Shown here piece after piece: positions 25,688 through 37,430 of a stretch of DNA of 64,000 bases (within the stretch, counting starts at the first letter, position 1; every line of letters begins with the position of its first letter). The notes below the pieces were generated by a model. It did not search any database. It was given only the letters and a program-made list of their open reading frames with translations, and had not been told where the DNA came from. A program made the position numbers and the translations under genes. The stretch comes from Leptogorgia sarmentosa (taxonomy: Eukaryota). The stretch covers positions 13,454,001 to 13,518,000 of the forward strand of contig OZ210885.1 in assembly GCA_964658305.1 (NCBI GenBank). The letters run 5' to 3'.

Positions 25688-25852
25688 CTTGAACTCGGAT
25701 CGCTGGATTGCTAACCATTACACCACAGAACCTTAACACGATCTTGAACTCGGATCGCTGGATTGCTAACCATTACACCACAGAACCTTAACACGATCTT
25801 GAACTCGGATCGCTGGATTGCTAACCATTACACCACAGAACCTTAACACAAT
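25688..25852 (-). repeat. Three tandem 55-bp copies of an internally deleted tRNA-Gln
   Basis: Unit CTTGAACTCGGATCGCTGGATTGCTAACCATTACACCACAGAACCTTAACACGAT. Confidence 0.9.
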
Positions 25853-25971
25853 CTTGACAAGGTTTCCCAATTCTTTAATGTTTCTTCCTTTCTTTCACAG
25901 CAAAAGGAACACTTTTCAATGGTGGAACTTGGATATTTACTGAACACGAATCATGTATCCAGCACGTCACA

Positions 25972-26053
25972 GGTAGCCTGGCCGAGTGGTCTAAGACACT
26001 GGTCTCAGGCACCAGTCACTTCGATGACGTGGGTTCGAATCCTACCTCTGCCA
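25972..26053 (+). tRNA. tRNA-Leu: tRNA-Leu(CAG), variant
   Basis: 82 nt, CTGGT-CTCAGGC-ACCAG arm, some mismatches. Confidence 0.7.
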
Positions 26054-26378
26054 AATTTTCGTTGTTCATCGCGGTATTCGTTTGTTGAGCTGATATAAGT
26101 TTCACAAGCTGACGCCATTGAACCAAATATGGAAAAACTCGTAATTATATCCATCATTGAACAAGAGTAAAATTGATATTTTATGATATGCGCTTAACAC
26201 GCGCAAGGTCCTCAGTTCGAACCTGGGCGGAAACATACATAAGAGCTTTTTTAAATGGACAATTTTTTTTTCATTGGAAATTTTTAGTAAAAATCCAGAA
26301 ACATTTTCTTGTTGATATCGAATTTTGTAAATAAATCAACTTTGAAAAGAAATGCTTTCATTTTTTTTGTAAATTTGT

Positions 26379-26502
26379 TGTCAGGAGTGGAATTCGAACC
26401 CACGACCACATGTGCGGACCAGAACTCCCTATTATGTCAAGGTTGATCGTGACAAGTTTTTGCACTTGAGTCTGGCGCCTTAGACCGCTCGGCCATCCTG
26501 AC
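26379..26502 (-). tRNA. tRNA-Leu: tRNA-Leu(CAA) with 40-nt intron
   Basis: GTCAGGATGGCCGAG...CTCAAG, intron, TTCTGG...CCTGACA. Confidence 0.85.
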
Positions 26503-27429
26503 ACGCATGAAAACACGGAATTTCCTACCACCTCATTTATTCTTTGCTACCTTCAACATGCCACATCCCGTTCTGATTTTCTCTTGACAACTGACGTGAG
26601 CCGAATACGTGACGGAGGCACACATTATTTTATTGGAATTTTTTTAATCAATCGCAGTTAAAATCGAACGATTTTAAAACCATTGCGAAATTTCAATGGT
26701 CATCGGAAATACTGTGTTTATGTTGTTTTCGTATTATCTTGTTAGTGTTTGGGAGGGTGAAATTGAGGGATTGCTATACTTCTCGTGTAGTGCACCAAGG
26801 TGCAGGAGTTGGATTCAGATGCTTTTCCAATTTAGATAAAAAAACATGTTGATAAAAAAACATACATGCACTGGTAAAAGTAACTGCAAGTCGTGCATGT
26901 TTGCAAAATCGTTCGCACGTCCCAGCAAATTTGTATAGGAAGTTACGTCGAGAAGTATTAATGAAAAATTGCACGCGTGTTTGGCGAAATATTTGGCGGT
27001 ATTTCGCCAAATATAAGTGCAAATTTTCATTAATACTTCGAGAACAAGTGTAATTACCTTTTAATATCATTGTAGTCAATTTTAGGGCAATTTCAATATC
27101 AAACAAATGAAAATCCATCGTATAAAATTATACGAGAAACGAAAATTTTACTGTCGTTTTACTTGTTCAACGGTCGCATATCGCGGGCTCGAAACCGTGG
27201 TATTTGAAAAATTAATTACACACCTGTGTAATTAATGTTTAATTCGCACAGTAGTTAAAGCTTTTTAGCCAATCAGCGTCGAGGAAATTGACTACAATGA
27301 TATTAAATTGCAAATTTCCCAGCTTTTCTAATGCAGTTCATATTACTTACAGTATAGAGCTGAGAGTGTACGTCAGTTGTAGACGTCAATGTTTAGTTGA
27401 ACAACGCGAAACCTGTTGGTTGTAGCAAC

Positions 27430-27511
27430 GTAGTCGTGGCCGAGCGGTTAAGGCGACAGACTAGAAATCTGTTGGGAGTTTCCCGCGCAGGTTCAAATCC
27501 TGCCGACGACG
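27430..27511 (+). tRNA. tRNA-Ser: tRNA-Ser(AGA)
   Basis: Full length, one acceptor mismatch. Confidence 0.85.
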
Positions 27512-27795
27512 TTATGCAAAGGCTTCACGATTTTGACCTCGAATGTAAACATGATTTTTTGGGGGGAAAACACTCGATGAGAGGAGATTCTGTTCTCCCG
27601 GTGGTGGTGGCTGAGTGTTTAAATTCCATCTACAAAATCAACAGAAAGAAGTCGCGTTTTTTATTGCATTAAAGTTATGAAACAAGCCAAAAATGATTTT
27701 GTATTTGAATGTAAAATTGAAAGAACAGAGGTCCGTGAATTGATTATAGCTGCGTTTGAAAGTATATGTACGTAATTAACCTAGTAGACTACACA

Positions 27796-27867
27796 GGGAG
27801 TGTAGCTCAGTGGTAGAGCATTCGACTGCAGATCGAGAGGTCGGTGGCTCAAATCTGCCAGCTCCTT
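27796..27867 (+). tRNA. tRNA-Cys: tRNA-Cys(GCA), T-arm variant
   Basis: Full length. Confidence 0.75.
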
Positions 27868-28296
27868 CTAACCATACCAATAAAATACAAAACCTTCAAA
27901 TTCTTTAAAGCAGCTTGATGGGAAAAAATGCAACCCAAAGGGTTAAAATGCATATACTACGATTCGTGTTAAATATTATCCACCAATACTTGCAAACGAT
28001 TAGTGCTGCTGTTAATTACTAAAATATTTTGTTGGAGTTTACTGGCAGATTGAAGATTTATTCAGTTCGAACTGTAAGTTTTTGCTTTTTAGACGCCGCC
28101 GGCATGTTTGTTCTGATTTGAAGCTATCTGTGCCTTTGTCTCTAATTTGATCCTGGTCCCCGATTGCGAGCCGTGTCACCGTTGAAGTTCTGTTTATTAT
28201 TCCCGTTGGATGTGGCCTTGGCAAGGAACCAGATTTTGACCAAAAATAATATCCATTATCTTTAAATTTCTTTTCCCAATGTTTTCAATGGAGTAG

Positions 28297-28355
28297 GTCT
28301 CTGTGGCGCAATCGGTTAGGGTAATAGGTTGTTGGTTCGAGTCCAACCAGGGACG
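28297..28355 (+). pseudogene. tRNA-Asn lacking the anticodon arm
   Basis: 5' and 3' parts intact, arm replaced by a short filler. Confidence 0.75.
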
Positions 28356-28876
28356 TGTTTGGTGTGTTCAGACGTCGTGACGGTAAATGTAACCGAATTT
28401 TTTGCGCGGGATTTTCTAAAGATTTACGAAAGCTTTCAAAAAAGAGAAAATTTTACTTGGTTAATTAACTAGGTCCAAAGCGAGAATCATACCACCAGAC
28501 CAGCAAGCCATTGATGGCATCAAAATGTTTTCTAATGTACTTTCCACTGACGAAGAAAAATTTGGGATTAATATTTCCAAAACATTTTCCAATCGATCTT
28601 CCCGCAATAAATCAGATTTTTGTGAAAAAATAGTATCCATTATTGCTGTATTTTTTCTGATGGTATCAGCTGATACGTTTGATATGGTCTGGATCCGGCC
28701 CTGCGACGTATGCGACCCAGAGGGTTACGATGGATATACTACGAGTCGTGTTAAATATATCCCCCAATACTTGAAAACGATCAGTCCTGCTGCAAATTAC
28801 TGCAATATTTTGTTGGATTTTACTGACAGATTGAAGATATTTTCATTTCGAAGTGCAAGCCAAGATTAATGACAAC

Positions 28877-28958
28877 GTAGTCGTGGCCGAGTGGTTAAAG
28901 AGACAGATTTGAAATCTGTTGGGAAATTCCCGCGCAGGTTCAAATCCTGCCGACTGCG
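28877..28958 (+). tRNA. tRNA-Ser: tRNA-Ser(TGA), variant
   Basis: Full length. Confidence 0.75.
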
Positions 28959-29118
28959 AAAAAGCAATTTTATTCTAGAATGTAGCTATTTGGCAAAATT
29001 AATAGCGTAGAAGCGCTGTTAAAATGGTTTGGTTTCAAAAAACGAGTTTGTTCACTACTTCTGTGTTATAAAGCCAGAGGTGCAACAGAAATTGAAATGC
29101 AACAAAATGAAAATATTC

Positions 29119-29189
29119 CGTGGTAGCGGGGAGTCGAACCCCGGTCTCCCGCGTGGCAGGCGAGAATGCTACCACTGAACCACCAACGC
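29119..29189 (-). pseudogene. tRNA-Gly(GCC) with damaged acceptor stem
   Basis: Homology. Confidence 0.7.
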
Positions 29190-29416
29190 TAAGTTGCTAA
29201 ATTCTTTCGTTATAATGGTCATTTTTGACAAGATGCCGAGCATTTTCACCAAACACCTTCAAATAATAAATCAGACTAATCGGTGAGAGCGCCAGATCCT
29301 GACTACTGGACTACATGGGAAAAACGTTTATCTTTTCTCGGAATGTGAAAATAACGATAATATTTTTAATTTGAATTTCGAAGAAAATTTCGAGATACAT
29401 CGTGGCCAGAAGTGCT

Positions 29417-29489
29417 TGACCTTGAAGTGAATTGAACACTTAACCTTCTGATCTGGAGTCAGACGCGCTACCAATTGCGCCACAAGGTC
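29417..29489 (-). tRNA. tRNA-Trp: tRNA-Trp(CCA)
   Basis: Full cloverleaf. Confidence 0.92.
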
Positions 29490-29867
29490 GTAGCGCTGTT
29501 AAACGGGAGTTTGGTTTGAGAGAACGAGTTTGAAAATGTGAACACAAGCTGCTTCAAATTGAAAATTCAGGCGAGAATTCTACCACTGAACCACCAACGC
29601 AAAGTTGCTCAATTCTTTCGTTAAAATGTTCATATCAGAAGCTTGGCGTTGACGTTCATTACTTTTGCAATTCTTCGCTAATTCATTTCATATTGCGTAT
29701 TAAAAATATTAAAATAGCAATTATTTCCTTGTTTTCTTTCTTTGACAAACGCTTACTTCCAGACTTTAGAAGAAACATATTTCAACTAAGTGGAATTGAC
29801 AAGTTGCCCTTACCAAGTTTTCTACTTTCTCAAATTTATATATATAATTTATACAGTGATATATTTG

Positions 29868-29940
29868 TGCCCCATCGGAGATTCGAACTCTGGGCCCCTG
29901 GTTTACAAGACCAGTGCTCTAACCACTGAGCTAATGAGGC
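29868..29940 (-). tRNA. tRNA-Thr: tRNA-Thr(TGT), variant
   Basis: Full length. Confidence 0.8.
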
Positions 29941-30067
29941 AACTTGTTTCGGTCATTAAAGTCAATAATTAGCTTTTTTATTTGATCAGTTTTAACACTT
30001 TGGATACTTATGCAATGCATTCGCGGCGGTTGTCTTCACCGTGCTTCGAAGAAATCGAGTAAAATTG

Positions 30068-30152
30068 AGCCTCATCAGAGGTTCGAACTCTGGACCCCTG
30101 GTTTACCAGCTGTTTTACTAGACCAGTGCTCTAACCCCTGAGCTAAAGAGGC
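30068..30152 (-). tRNA. tRNA-Thr: tRNA-Thr(AGT) with 12-nt insertion at position 37/38
   Basis: 85 nt; CTAGTAAAACAG-CTGGTAAACCAG. Confidence 0.65.
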
Positions 30153-30506
30153 ACGCTGACAACTCCGTGTTGATTTCACAAGCTTGCCGTTGAATTTTAT
30201 TACTTAAATTACCTTTGCTATTCTTCACCAATTCATTCATATTGCAAAATGATTAAAATTGAAATTATGTCCTTGTTTTCTTTCTTTGACAAACGATTAC
30301 TTCCAGACTTTAGAAGAAGCATATTTCAATTAAGCGGAATTGATGAGTCCCCGTTTCAAAGTCTTTCTTCTTTCCCAGAACAAATAGCTCGATTTTTTCA
30401 CTTCAAGGTCAAGCACTTCTGGCCACGCTGTCTCTCGAAATTTTCTTCCAAATTCAAATTAAAATATTATCGTTATTTTCACATTCCGAGAAAAGATAAA
30501 TGCTTC

Positions 30507-30578
30507 TCCCATGTAGTCCAGTGGTCAGGATCTGGCGCTCTCACCGCCAAGGCCCGGGTTCGATTCCCGGCATGGGAA
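30507..30578 (+). tRNA. tRNA-Glu: tRNA-Glu(CTC)
   Basis: Full cloverleaf. Confidence 0.92.
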
Positions 30579-30710
30579 TAATATTTGCGAGAGAAGGAAA
30601 AAAATATGCAATTCGAAAAATTAGCAAAACCGTTGCTATTATACTGGCTCTATTCCTCTTACCCATTCTTTTGGTGTTTTCTGTATTTGGGACTTTGTTG
30701 ACATGATCTT

Positions 30711-30781
30711 GCTTTGGTGGTTCAGTGGTAGAATTCTCGCCTGCCACGCGGGAGACCGGGGTTCGATTCCCCGCTAACGCA
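30711..30781 (+). tRNA. tRNA-Gly: tRNA-Gly(GCC), upstream spacer deleted
   Basis: Starts GCTTTGG at a deletion junction. Confidence 0.7.
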
Positions 30782-30871
30782 GATTATTTTCATTTTGTTG
30801 CATTTCAATTTCAACTGCAACACGAGAAACAAACTGGGTTTGTAACACCGGAATAATGAACAAGTTATCAC

Positions 30872-30943
30872 TCCCATGTTGTCTGGTGGTTAGGATCTGG
30901 CGTTTTCACCGCCATGGCCCGAGTTCGATTCCCGGCGTGGTAA
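30872..30943 (+). tRNA. tRNA-Glu: tRNA-Glu(TTC), variant
   Basis: Full length with mismatches. Confidence 0.65.
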
Positions 30944-31028
30944 TTTTTTCTGAAAATTTCAATTTGAAGCAGCTGTGTTCACATTTTCAAACTCGTTCTC
31001 TAAAACCAAACCATTTTAACAGCAGTAC

Positions 31029-31101
31029 GACCTTGTTGCGCAACTGGTAGCGCGTCTGACTCCAGATCAGAAGGTTAAGTGTTCAATTCACTTCAAGGTC
31101 A
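31029..31101 (+). tRNA. tRNA-Trp: tRNA-Trp(CCA)
   Basis: Full length. Confidence 0.85.
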
Positions 31102-31214
31102 AGCACTTCTGGCCACGCTGTCTCTCGAAATTTTCTTCCAAATTCAAATTAAAAATATTATCGTTATTCTCACATTCCGGGAAAAGATAAATATTTCTTC
31201 CATGTAGTCCAGTC

Positions 31215-32035
31215 CATTGAACTAAATAAAACTGGAAGGCTACTTCCGGCCGGAAACTTGAAGCCAAATCGGCCCCAGTCTTTCCACGCAATGTAGACAC
31301 GGCCAAAACAAAAACATTTCTGTTTTTTGTTGAAAAAAACTTGTACAAAATTCGAAAAAATAGTTTTAGGAAGATATGAATCATTTATATGTAACATAAA
31401 TTTGGTGAAGGCTTGGTTTTCATAATAATGACCAGTTTTTGCCAAATTTTTTATGGTGCTGCCTGAAAAAACTAGCGCTTTTTGTAAAAAAAACCCGAAC
31501 GGCGATAAGTGGCCTTTTGAGGTTTTGCCACTTTTGCTATGTCGGGCTGTCATTTTTCGTCTATTCTTGACATTTTTCAAAAATTGTTCGCCCACAGGCG
31601 ACCATGACATAGTCATAGACTAAAATCTGTTGTGATTCCATTTGTAGCCAGCTTTCGAATCAATATGTCAAGCACATGAGATACGTTTTAATCGAGACAC
31701 AATCGTTTGTTTTCGGCGAGTTTACCTTACAGAAATTCATTTGATCGCCATAAAATTTAATTTTTCTGTATTCATAGCACAAGAAAGGGCTTTGAAACAG
31801 TGAAAAAACAGCAAAATTACTTTTCTATCGCATCGCAAATTCCTCCGCTCTCTTTGGACAACATGTTGTTGACTTGTTCGCTCCTCTTCTACCGCGCGAG
31901 AATGTCACGCAGCTGAACTCGCGTGGAATTACCCCAGACACGCGTGTCTGGGGGTAATTTCACGCAAAATTTTGGCTTCAATTTTTACGTTCCCGTTAAT
32001 ATGAAGGTAGCCTTCCAGTTATATATAGTTCAATG
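31215..32035. mobile_element. P-element-like MITE inserted in tRNA-Glu(CTC)
   Basis: TIR CATTGAACTA.ATA.AACTGGAAGGCTAC, 8-bp TSD GTCCAGTC; Glu halves on both sides. Confidence 0.85.
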
Positions 32036-32308
32036 GTCCAGTCAGCTGGCGCTCTCACCGCCGAGGCCCGGGTGAAGGAAAAAACATGCAATTCGAGAAA
32101 TTAGCAAAACTATTGCTATTATTCTAGCTCTATCGCTCCTACCCATTCTTTTGGTGTTTTCTGTATTTAAGTCCTTGTTGACATGATCTTGTTTTTCCAC
32201 AAAAATATTTATTTTGCTGATCATGTTTAAAGTATAACAATTTCCTAGAACTTACTCTGATTTATTATTTAAAGGTGTTTGGTTAAAATGTTTGGCATCT
32301 TGTGGAAT

Positions 32309-34065
32309 TGGCATAGAAGAAAGAAAACTTTATTTAATCACGCTTACAACGTCAGCCGTAGCTGGTTTCCACGAAGGGCGTGCGAATTACAAAATTTAGA
32401 AAAGTAAGGTATTAATGGTACAGTATATGAACAAATATAAGGTCTGCTAATGCTAATTTTACTACGACTGTTACAAAATGTGTTGCTAATATAATACTAG
32501 TCCCCAAAAAGTTTGACTATTTATATAAAGGTTTATAAGTGTTGTTACAAATTAAGTATATACATTTATGATTTTATTTAATTTCATGAGCAGCGATTCT
32601 CTTAACAAATTGTGAAAATGTCCCACTTTGCCTAATTTCAGCGGGCAAAGAGTTCCATGTTGATGCGCCGTTGTAGCTGAAGCTCTTTTTTAAGCTATCA
32701 GTACGGGGTTTGGGTAGGCAAACAGCTGATGATATGCCTCTAAGATTATATTCTGGTGTTTCTACGTTTTTGGGAGTAAATATTTTTGAGAGACTTTTTG
32801 GTCCTTGATCATTTAGAACTTTAAACATTAATTTAGCTTTTGCTTTTTTTCGTTGTTCTTCAAGTGTTTGCCATCCCAATTTTTCTAGAACAATTTTGTG
32901 ATCAACATCGTTACTTATTTGAGTAATAGTTCGTGCCGCTCTGTTATGTAATTTTTATAGACGAGCTGATTGAGTTTTTCCTAACACATCCCAAACTTCG
33001 CAACAATAGCTAAAATAAGGCTGTACAATGGCATTGTATACAGAGAGGAGTGAGTCTTGGTCAACATATTCAGTTAGTCGTCTAATGGCACCTATACCTG
33101 AGGAAATTTTTTGCACAATTTCTCAGTGTTACTTTTCCAACTTAAATGTTGATCAACATTCACACCTAGTGTTTTACACTCGAAAACTTGTTTAATTTTT
33201 CTGTCGTCTATTTTGATATTTATTTCTGTATCTTGTGTCTTATGCAAGATATGTTTGGAGCCTATTATCATAAACTCAGTTTTGGCAACATTGAGACTTA
33301 ATTTGTTTGTGGTCAACCATTCTTTAAGGTTGACTAACTCTGAGTTCATGACGGCTTCAACATCAGCAATTGTTTCACCAATTGCAGTTAAATTAGTATC
33401 GTCAGCAAACATCCGAGGTCTGGTCTTGTCTAAACATTGTGGCAAGTCATTTATATATAGTAGAAACAACAATGGTCCCAATATAGATCCTTGAGGAACA
33501 CCACACGTGATTGTGCTTTTAGAAGAAATTGAGCCGTTTACTTCACATATTTGGGTTCGATTTGATAAATAGGAATTTAGTAGTGACAGGGCATTCCCTC
33601 CAATTCCATAAAGTTCAAGTTTCCGTAACAAAATACCATGGTTAACAGTGTCAAATGCTTTTTTTAGATCTATAAATACTACTAAGTTAAATAGTTTTCT
33701 GTCCATGTTAATATACCATTCATTTGTGCAATCTAATAAAGCAGTGGCAGTTGAGTGTGATTTGCGAAAACCAAATTGATTTTCGGAGAGCAATTCATTT
33801 TCGCTCAGATAATTATATAACTGATCATAGAGTAAACGTTCCATGACTTTGCTGACAGCAGTTAAAATTGAAATTGGCCTGTAGTTTTCTGGTAAATTTT
33901 TTTGTCCATTTTTGTAAAGAGGAGTAACTCTTGCTGTTTTCCATTCATTTGGGAATGTACATTGATCAAGAGTTTGATTAAATAGGTATGTTAATGGTGA
34001 TGCAATAATTGGTGCTGATATTTTTGTGCTGATATATTGGTGCTGATATTTTTTTTTTGATTTTT
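32309..34065 (-). mobile_element. 5'-truncated LINE (CR1/L2-like) with reverse transcriptase
   Basis: NYRPISIL, QFGFR, IDLKKAFDTV, GVPQGSILGP, FADDT; frameshift near 33105; 3' UTR with short-repeat tail; imperfect 12-bp TSD. Confidence 0.9.
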
Positions 34066-34106
34066 ATCTTGTGAAATAGAACAAAAAGAAAGAACTGGCC
34101 AACTTT

Positions 34107-34154
34107 GCGTTGGTGGTTCAGTGTTAGAATTCTCGCCTGCCACGCTATAACGCA
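34107..34154 (+). pseudogene. tRNA-Gly with T arm deleted
   Basis: Homology. Confidence 0.75.
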
Positions 34155-34243
34155 GATTATTTTCATTTTGTTGCATTTCAATTTCAAATGCAACACGAGA
34201 AAAAATTGGCTTTGTAACACAGGAATAGTGAACAAGTTATCAC

Positions 34244-34315
34244 TCCCATGTGGTCTAGTGGTTAGGATCTGGCGTTTTCACCGCCATGGCCCGGGTTCGA
34301 TTCCCGGCGTGGGAA
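34244..34315 (+). tRNA. tRNA-Glu: tRNA-Glu(TTC)
   Basis: Full cloverleaf. Confidence 0.92.
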
Positions 34316-34627
34316 TTTATTCTGAAAATTTCAATTTGAAGCAGCTTGTGTTCACATTCTCAAACTCTGCTGTTTTACCAGACCAGTGCTCTAACCCCTG
34401 AGCTAAAGAGGCAACTTCTTCCCTGTTGAAACTCAGAACACAAATCCAATTACGAAGTTAATTAAACTTAATTTCCCGTATTCTCACGTGTTTTCATGAC
34501 ATAGACTCACTTGAAAAATTTTGTTTCCGGTCGCACTTATACAATCTCGAGAGTTAACTGCATATCTTGTAACCAATTACAAAAACAAATGGATGAATTC
34601 TTATTCAAAATGAATACTTATTCACAC

Positions 34628-34700
34628 AGCCTCATCAGAGATTTGAACTCTGGACCCCTGGTTTACGAAACCAGTGCTCTAACCCCTGAGCTAATGAGGC
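34628..34700 (-). tRNA. tRNA-Thr: tRNA-Thr(CGT)
   Basis: Full cloverleaf. Confidence 0.9.
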
Positions 34701-34850
34701 GTCATGCGAAAATCTTCCTAGCATGATTTTTCCAACGTAGTACTCTTCCAATAGCTTTTTTATTTCATCAGTTTTAACTCACTGAACAGCACATGGAATA
34801 CAACCTGGGCGCGTGTCTTCCACGTTCTTCAAAGTTTTCGAAGAAAACAA

Positions 34851-34923
34851 AGCCTCATCAGAGATTTGAACTCTGGACCCCTGGTTTACAAGACCAGTGC
34901 TCTAACCACTGAGCTAATGAGGC
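34851..34923 (-). tRNA. tRNA-Thr: tRNA-Thr(TGT)
   Basis: Full cloverleaf. Confidence 0.92.
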
Positions 34924-35429
34924 AACTCAAAGACGAGCTGTAGAATTATACTACTTTACCATTCTGCACTGATGTGATGTTTCAAAATGGTAAAAATAAG
35001 ACTGATTAAGATTATGCACTTGTTTTCATTCTTTTCAAAACGTTGCCATTTATATTCTATGATTGATTTATAATATCGAATATATTTCAAGCTAGAAAGC
35101 GGTACTCTCAGTTCCACTTTAAAATTATTTCGCATTCTCAAAACTAACTTTATGATTTGCGAATTTCCGACAAATTTGTTTCGATTGTTCATACTTCTTT
35201 CTTTTTTGATAAACATGGACAAGCGCGGAAATGACAAAAATGGATTTACAAACACAACATATCAGACAATTAGACAAATAGGTTCTTTCTTCTGCTCTTG
35301 CATTATTTCTTTACTCCTTTATTTTCCACAAAATTCCGCAAAAAAAAACATTTTACATAGAAAACTCCGTTAATAAAAAAATTCTGACGTCATGGTACGT
35401 TAACTCTATATCACCTAACACTAACCCGA

Positions 35430-35501
35430 TTCCCATGCCGGGAATCGAACCCGGGCCTTGGCGGTGAGAGAGCCAGATCCTGACCACTGGACTACATGGG
35501 A
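35430..35501 (-). tRNA. tRNA-Glu: tRNA-Glu(CTC), variant
   Basis: Full length. Confidence 0.8.
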
Positions 35502-35597
35502 GAAACATTTATCTTTTCTCGGAATGTGAAAATAACGATAATATTTTTAATTTGAATTTGGAAGAAAATTTCGAGAGACAGCGTGGCCAGAAGTGCT

Positions 35598-35670
35598 TGA
35601 CCTTGAAGTGAATTGAACACTTAACCTTCTGATCTGGAGTCAGACGCGCTACCAATTGCGCCACAAGGTC
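35598..35670 (-). tRNA. tRNA-Trp: tRNA-Trp(CCA)
   Basis: Full cloverleaf. Confidence 0.92.
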
Positions 35671-35926
35671 GTAGCGCTGTTAAAATGGTTTGGTTACGGA
35701 GAACGAGTTTGAGAATGTAAACACAAGCAGCTTCATTTATTGATAGCCACGCCCATATGTGCAGTTTTACAACATTTTGTCTATTTTTACAACTGTTGAA
35801 AAAATCACTATCAAGTGGATAAAGTTGATATCCGAATTTCGTACAACTGGCCTCTGATTATATCGGCAATTAATGCCGTAATTGGATGGGAATTTCAGTT
35901 TCATGGAGTTTCAATGGGAAGAATTT

Positions 35927-35999
35927 GCCTCATTAGCTCAGTGGTTAGAGCACTGGTCTTGTAAACCAGGGGTCCAGAGTTCAAATGTCTGATGAGGCT
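35927..35999 (+). tRNA. tRNA-Thr: tRNA-Thr(TGT)
   Basis: Full length, one T-stem mismatch. Confidence 0.8.
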
Positions 36000-36304
36000 T
36001 TCTTCGAAAACCTTGAAGGACGTGGAAGACAAACGCCCAGATTGTATTCCATGTGCTGTTCAGTGAATTAAAACTGATGAAATAAAATACGCGTTTCTGA
36101 TTGGTCAATTTTCGCACTTAACTCTAGTTAACTTTAACTACGTTTTTATACAACCGGCCCCTGATCTTAACCTTCTGATGTGGAGTCAGACGCGCGCTAC
36201 CAATTGCGCCACAGGGTCGTCGCGCTGTTAAAATGGTTTGATTTCAGTGAACGAGTTAGAAAATGTGAACACAAGCTGCTTCAGATGGAAATTTTCAGAA
36301 AAAG

Positions 36305-36376
36305 TTCCCACGCCGGGAATCGAACCCGGGCCATGGCGGTGAAAACGCCAGATCCTAACCACTAGACCACAAGGGA
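36305..36376 (-). tRNA. tRNA-Glu: tRNA-Glu(TTC)
   Basis: Full length. Confidence 0.85.
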
Positions 36377-36466
36377 GTGATAACTTGTTGACTATTCCTG
36401 TGTTACAAAGCCAGTTTGGTTCTCGTGTTGCAGTTGAAATTGAAATGCAACAAAATGAAAATAACC

Positions 36467-36537
36467 TGCGTTAGCGGGGAATCGAACCCCGGTCTCCCGC
36501 GTGGCAGGCGAGAATTCTTCCACTGAACCACCAACGC
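36467..36537 (-). tRNA. tRNA-Gly: tRNA-Gly(GCC)
   Basis: Full length. Confidence 0.88.
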
Positions 36538-36892
36538 GAAGTTGCCCAATACTTTCATAATAATGTTCATATTCCACAAGATGCCGACCATTTTCACCAA
36601 ACATCTTCAAATAATAAATCAGAGTAAGTTTTAGGAAATTGTTACACTTTAAACATGACCAGCAAAATCAATTTACCTGACGGAGGCACACATTATTTTA
36701 TTGGAATTTTTTCAATCAATCGCAGTTAAAATGGAACGATTTTAATACCATTGCAAATTTTCAATGGTCATAGGAATAATGCGTTTATGCTGATTCCCGT
36801 GTTGCACTTTAATTTTGCAATTGAACTGTGTTCCTGTTATTTTTGTATTATCTTGTTAGCGATTTCGACGGTGAAATTGAGGAATTGCTATA

Positions 36893-36966
36893 CATTTCGT
36901 GTAGTGCAGTGGTTATACTGCATGCGTCTCACACTGGAAGGACCCCAGTTTAAATCTGGCTTGGAC
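36893..36966 (+). pseudogene. Old degenerate tRNA-Val(CAC); paralogous copies near 20935-21010 and 38342
   Basis: TTTCGTGTAGTGCAGTGGTTA..GCGTCTCACACTGGAAGGACCCCAGTTTAAATC resembles Val. Confidence 0.6.
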
Positions 36967-37056
36967 CTGCATGACCTTTAACTTGCTTCTTATTTTATGT
37001 TGCAACGATTCACAACTCCGAAACTTTGTCTCAGTTTTGTCATTTTCTTCCAATTC

Positions 37057-37132
37057 GCTGCCGTAGTGCAGAAGTGGTTATCACGTGCGCCTTACAAACG
37101 CAAGGTCCTCAGTTCAGTCCTCGGCGGAAACA
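37057..37132 (+). pseudogene. Degenerate tRNA-Val(TAC)
   Basis: Mismatches and a D-loop insertion. Confidence 0.7.
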
Positions 37133-37246
37133 TACATATGAGCTTTTTTAACTGCAGATATTTTTTTCTTTGCAAATTTTCCAATAAAAAACGAAAAAAT
37201 TAATTAAAGTGAATACATCCAATTCTATATGTATGCGCATAGGTCA

Positions 37247-37319
37247 GTTTCCGTAGTGTAGTGGTTATCACATGCGCTTAACACGCGCAAGGTCCTCAGT
37301 TCGAACCTGGGCGGAAACA
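37247..37319 (+). tRNA. tRNA-Val: tRNA-Val(AAC)
   Basis: Full cloverleaf. Confidence 0.9.
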
Positions 37320-37430
37320 TTCAAATGAGCTTATTTAAATGGAGATACTTTGTTTGAAAATTTCCAATAAAAAAGCTGAAAATTTGACTAAAGTGAATAC
37401 ATCTATTTCTATATATTTGCGCATATGCCA

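Noticed and set aside
25688..25852. CRISPR-like direct repeats
   Set aside because: Pure tandem units with no unique spacers; derived from tRNA-Gln
31170..31616. 148-aa ORF and its twin at 58459-58845
   Set aside because: Both lie in the same non-coding MITE family; no protein motifs
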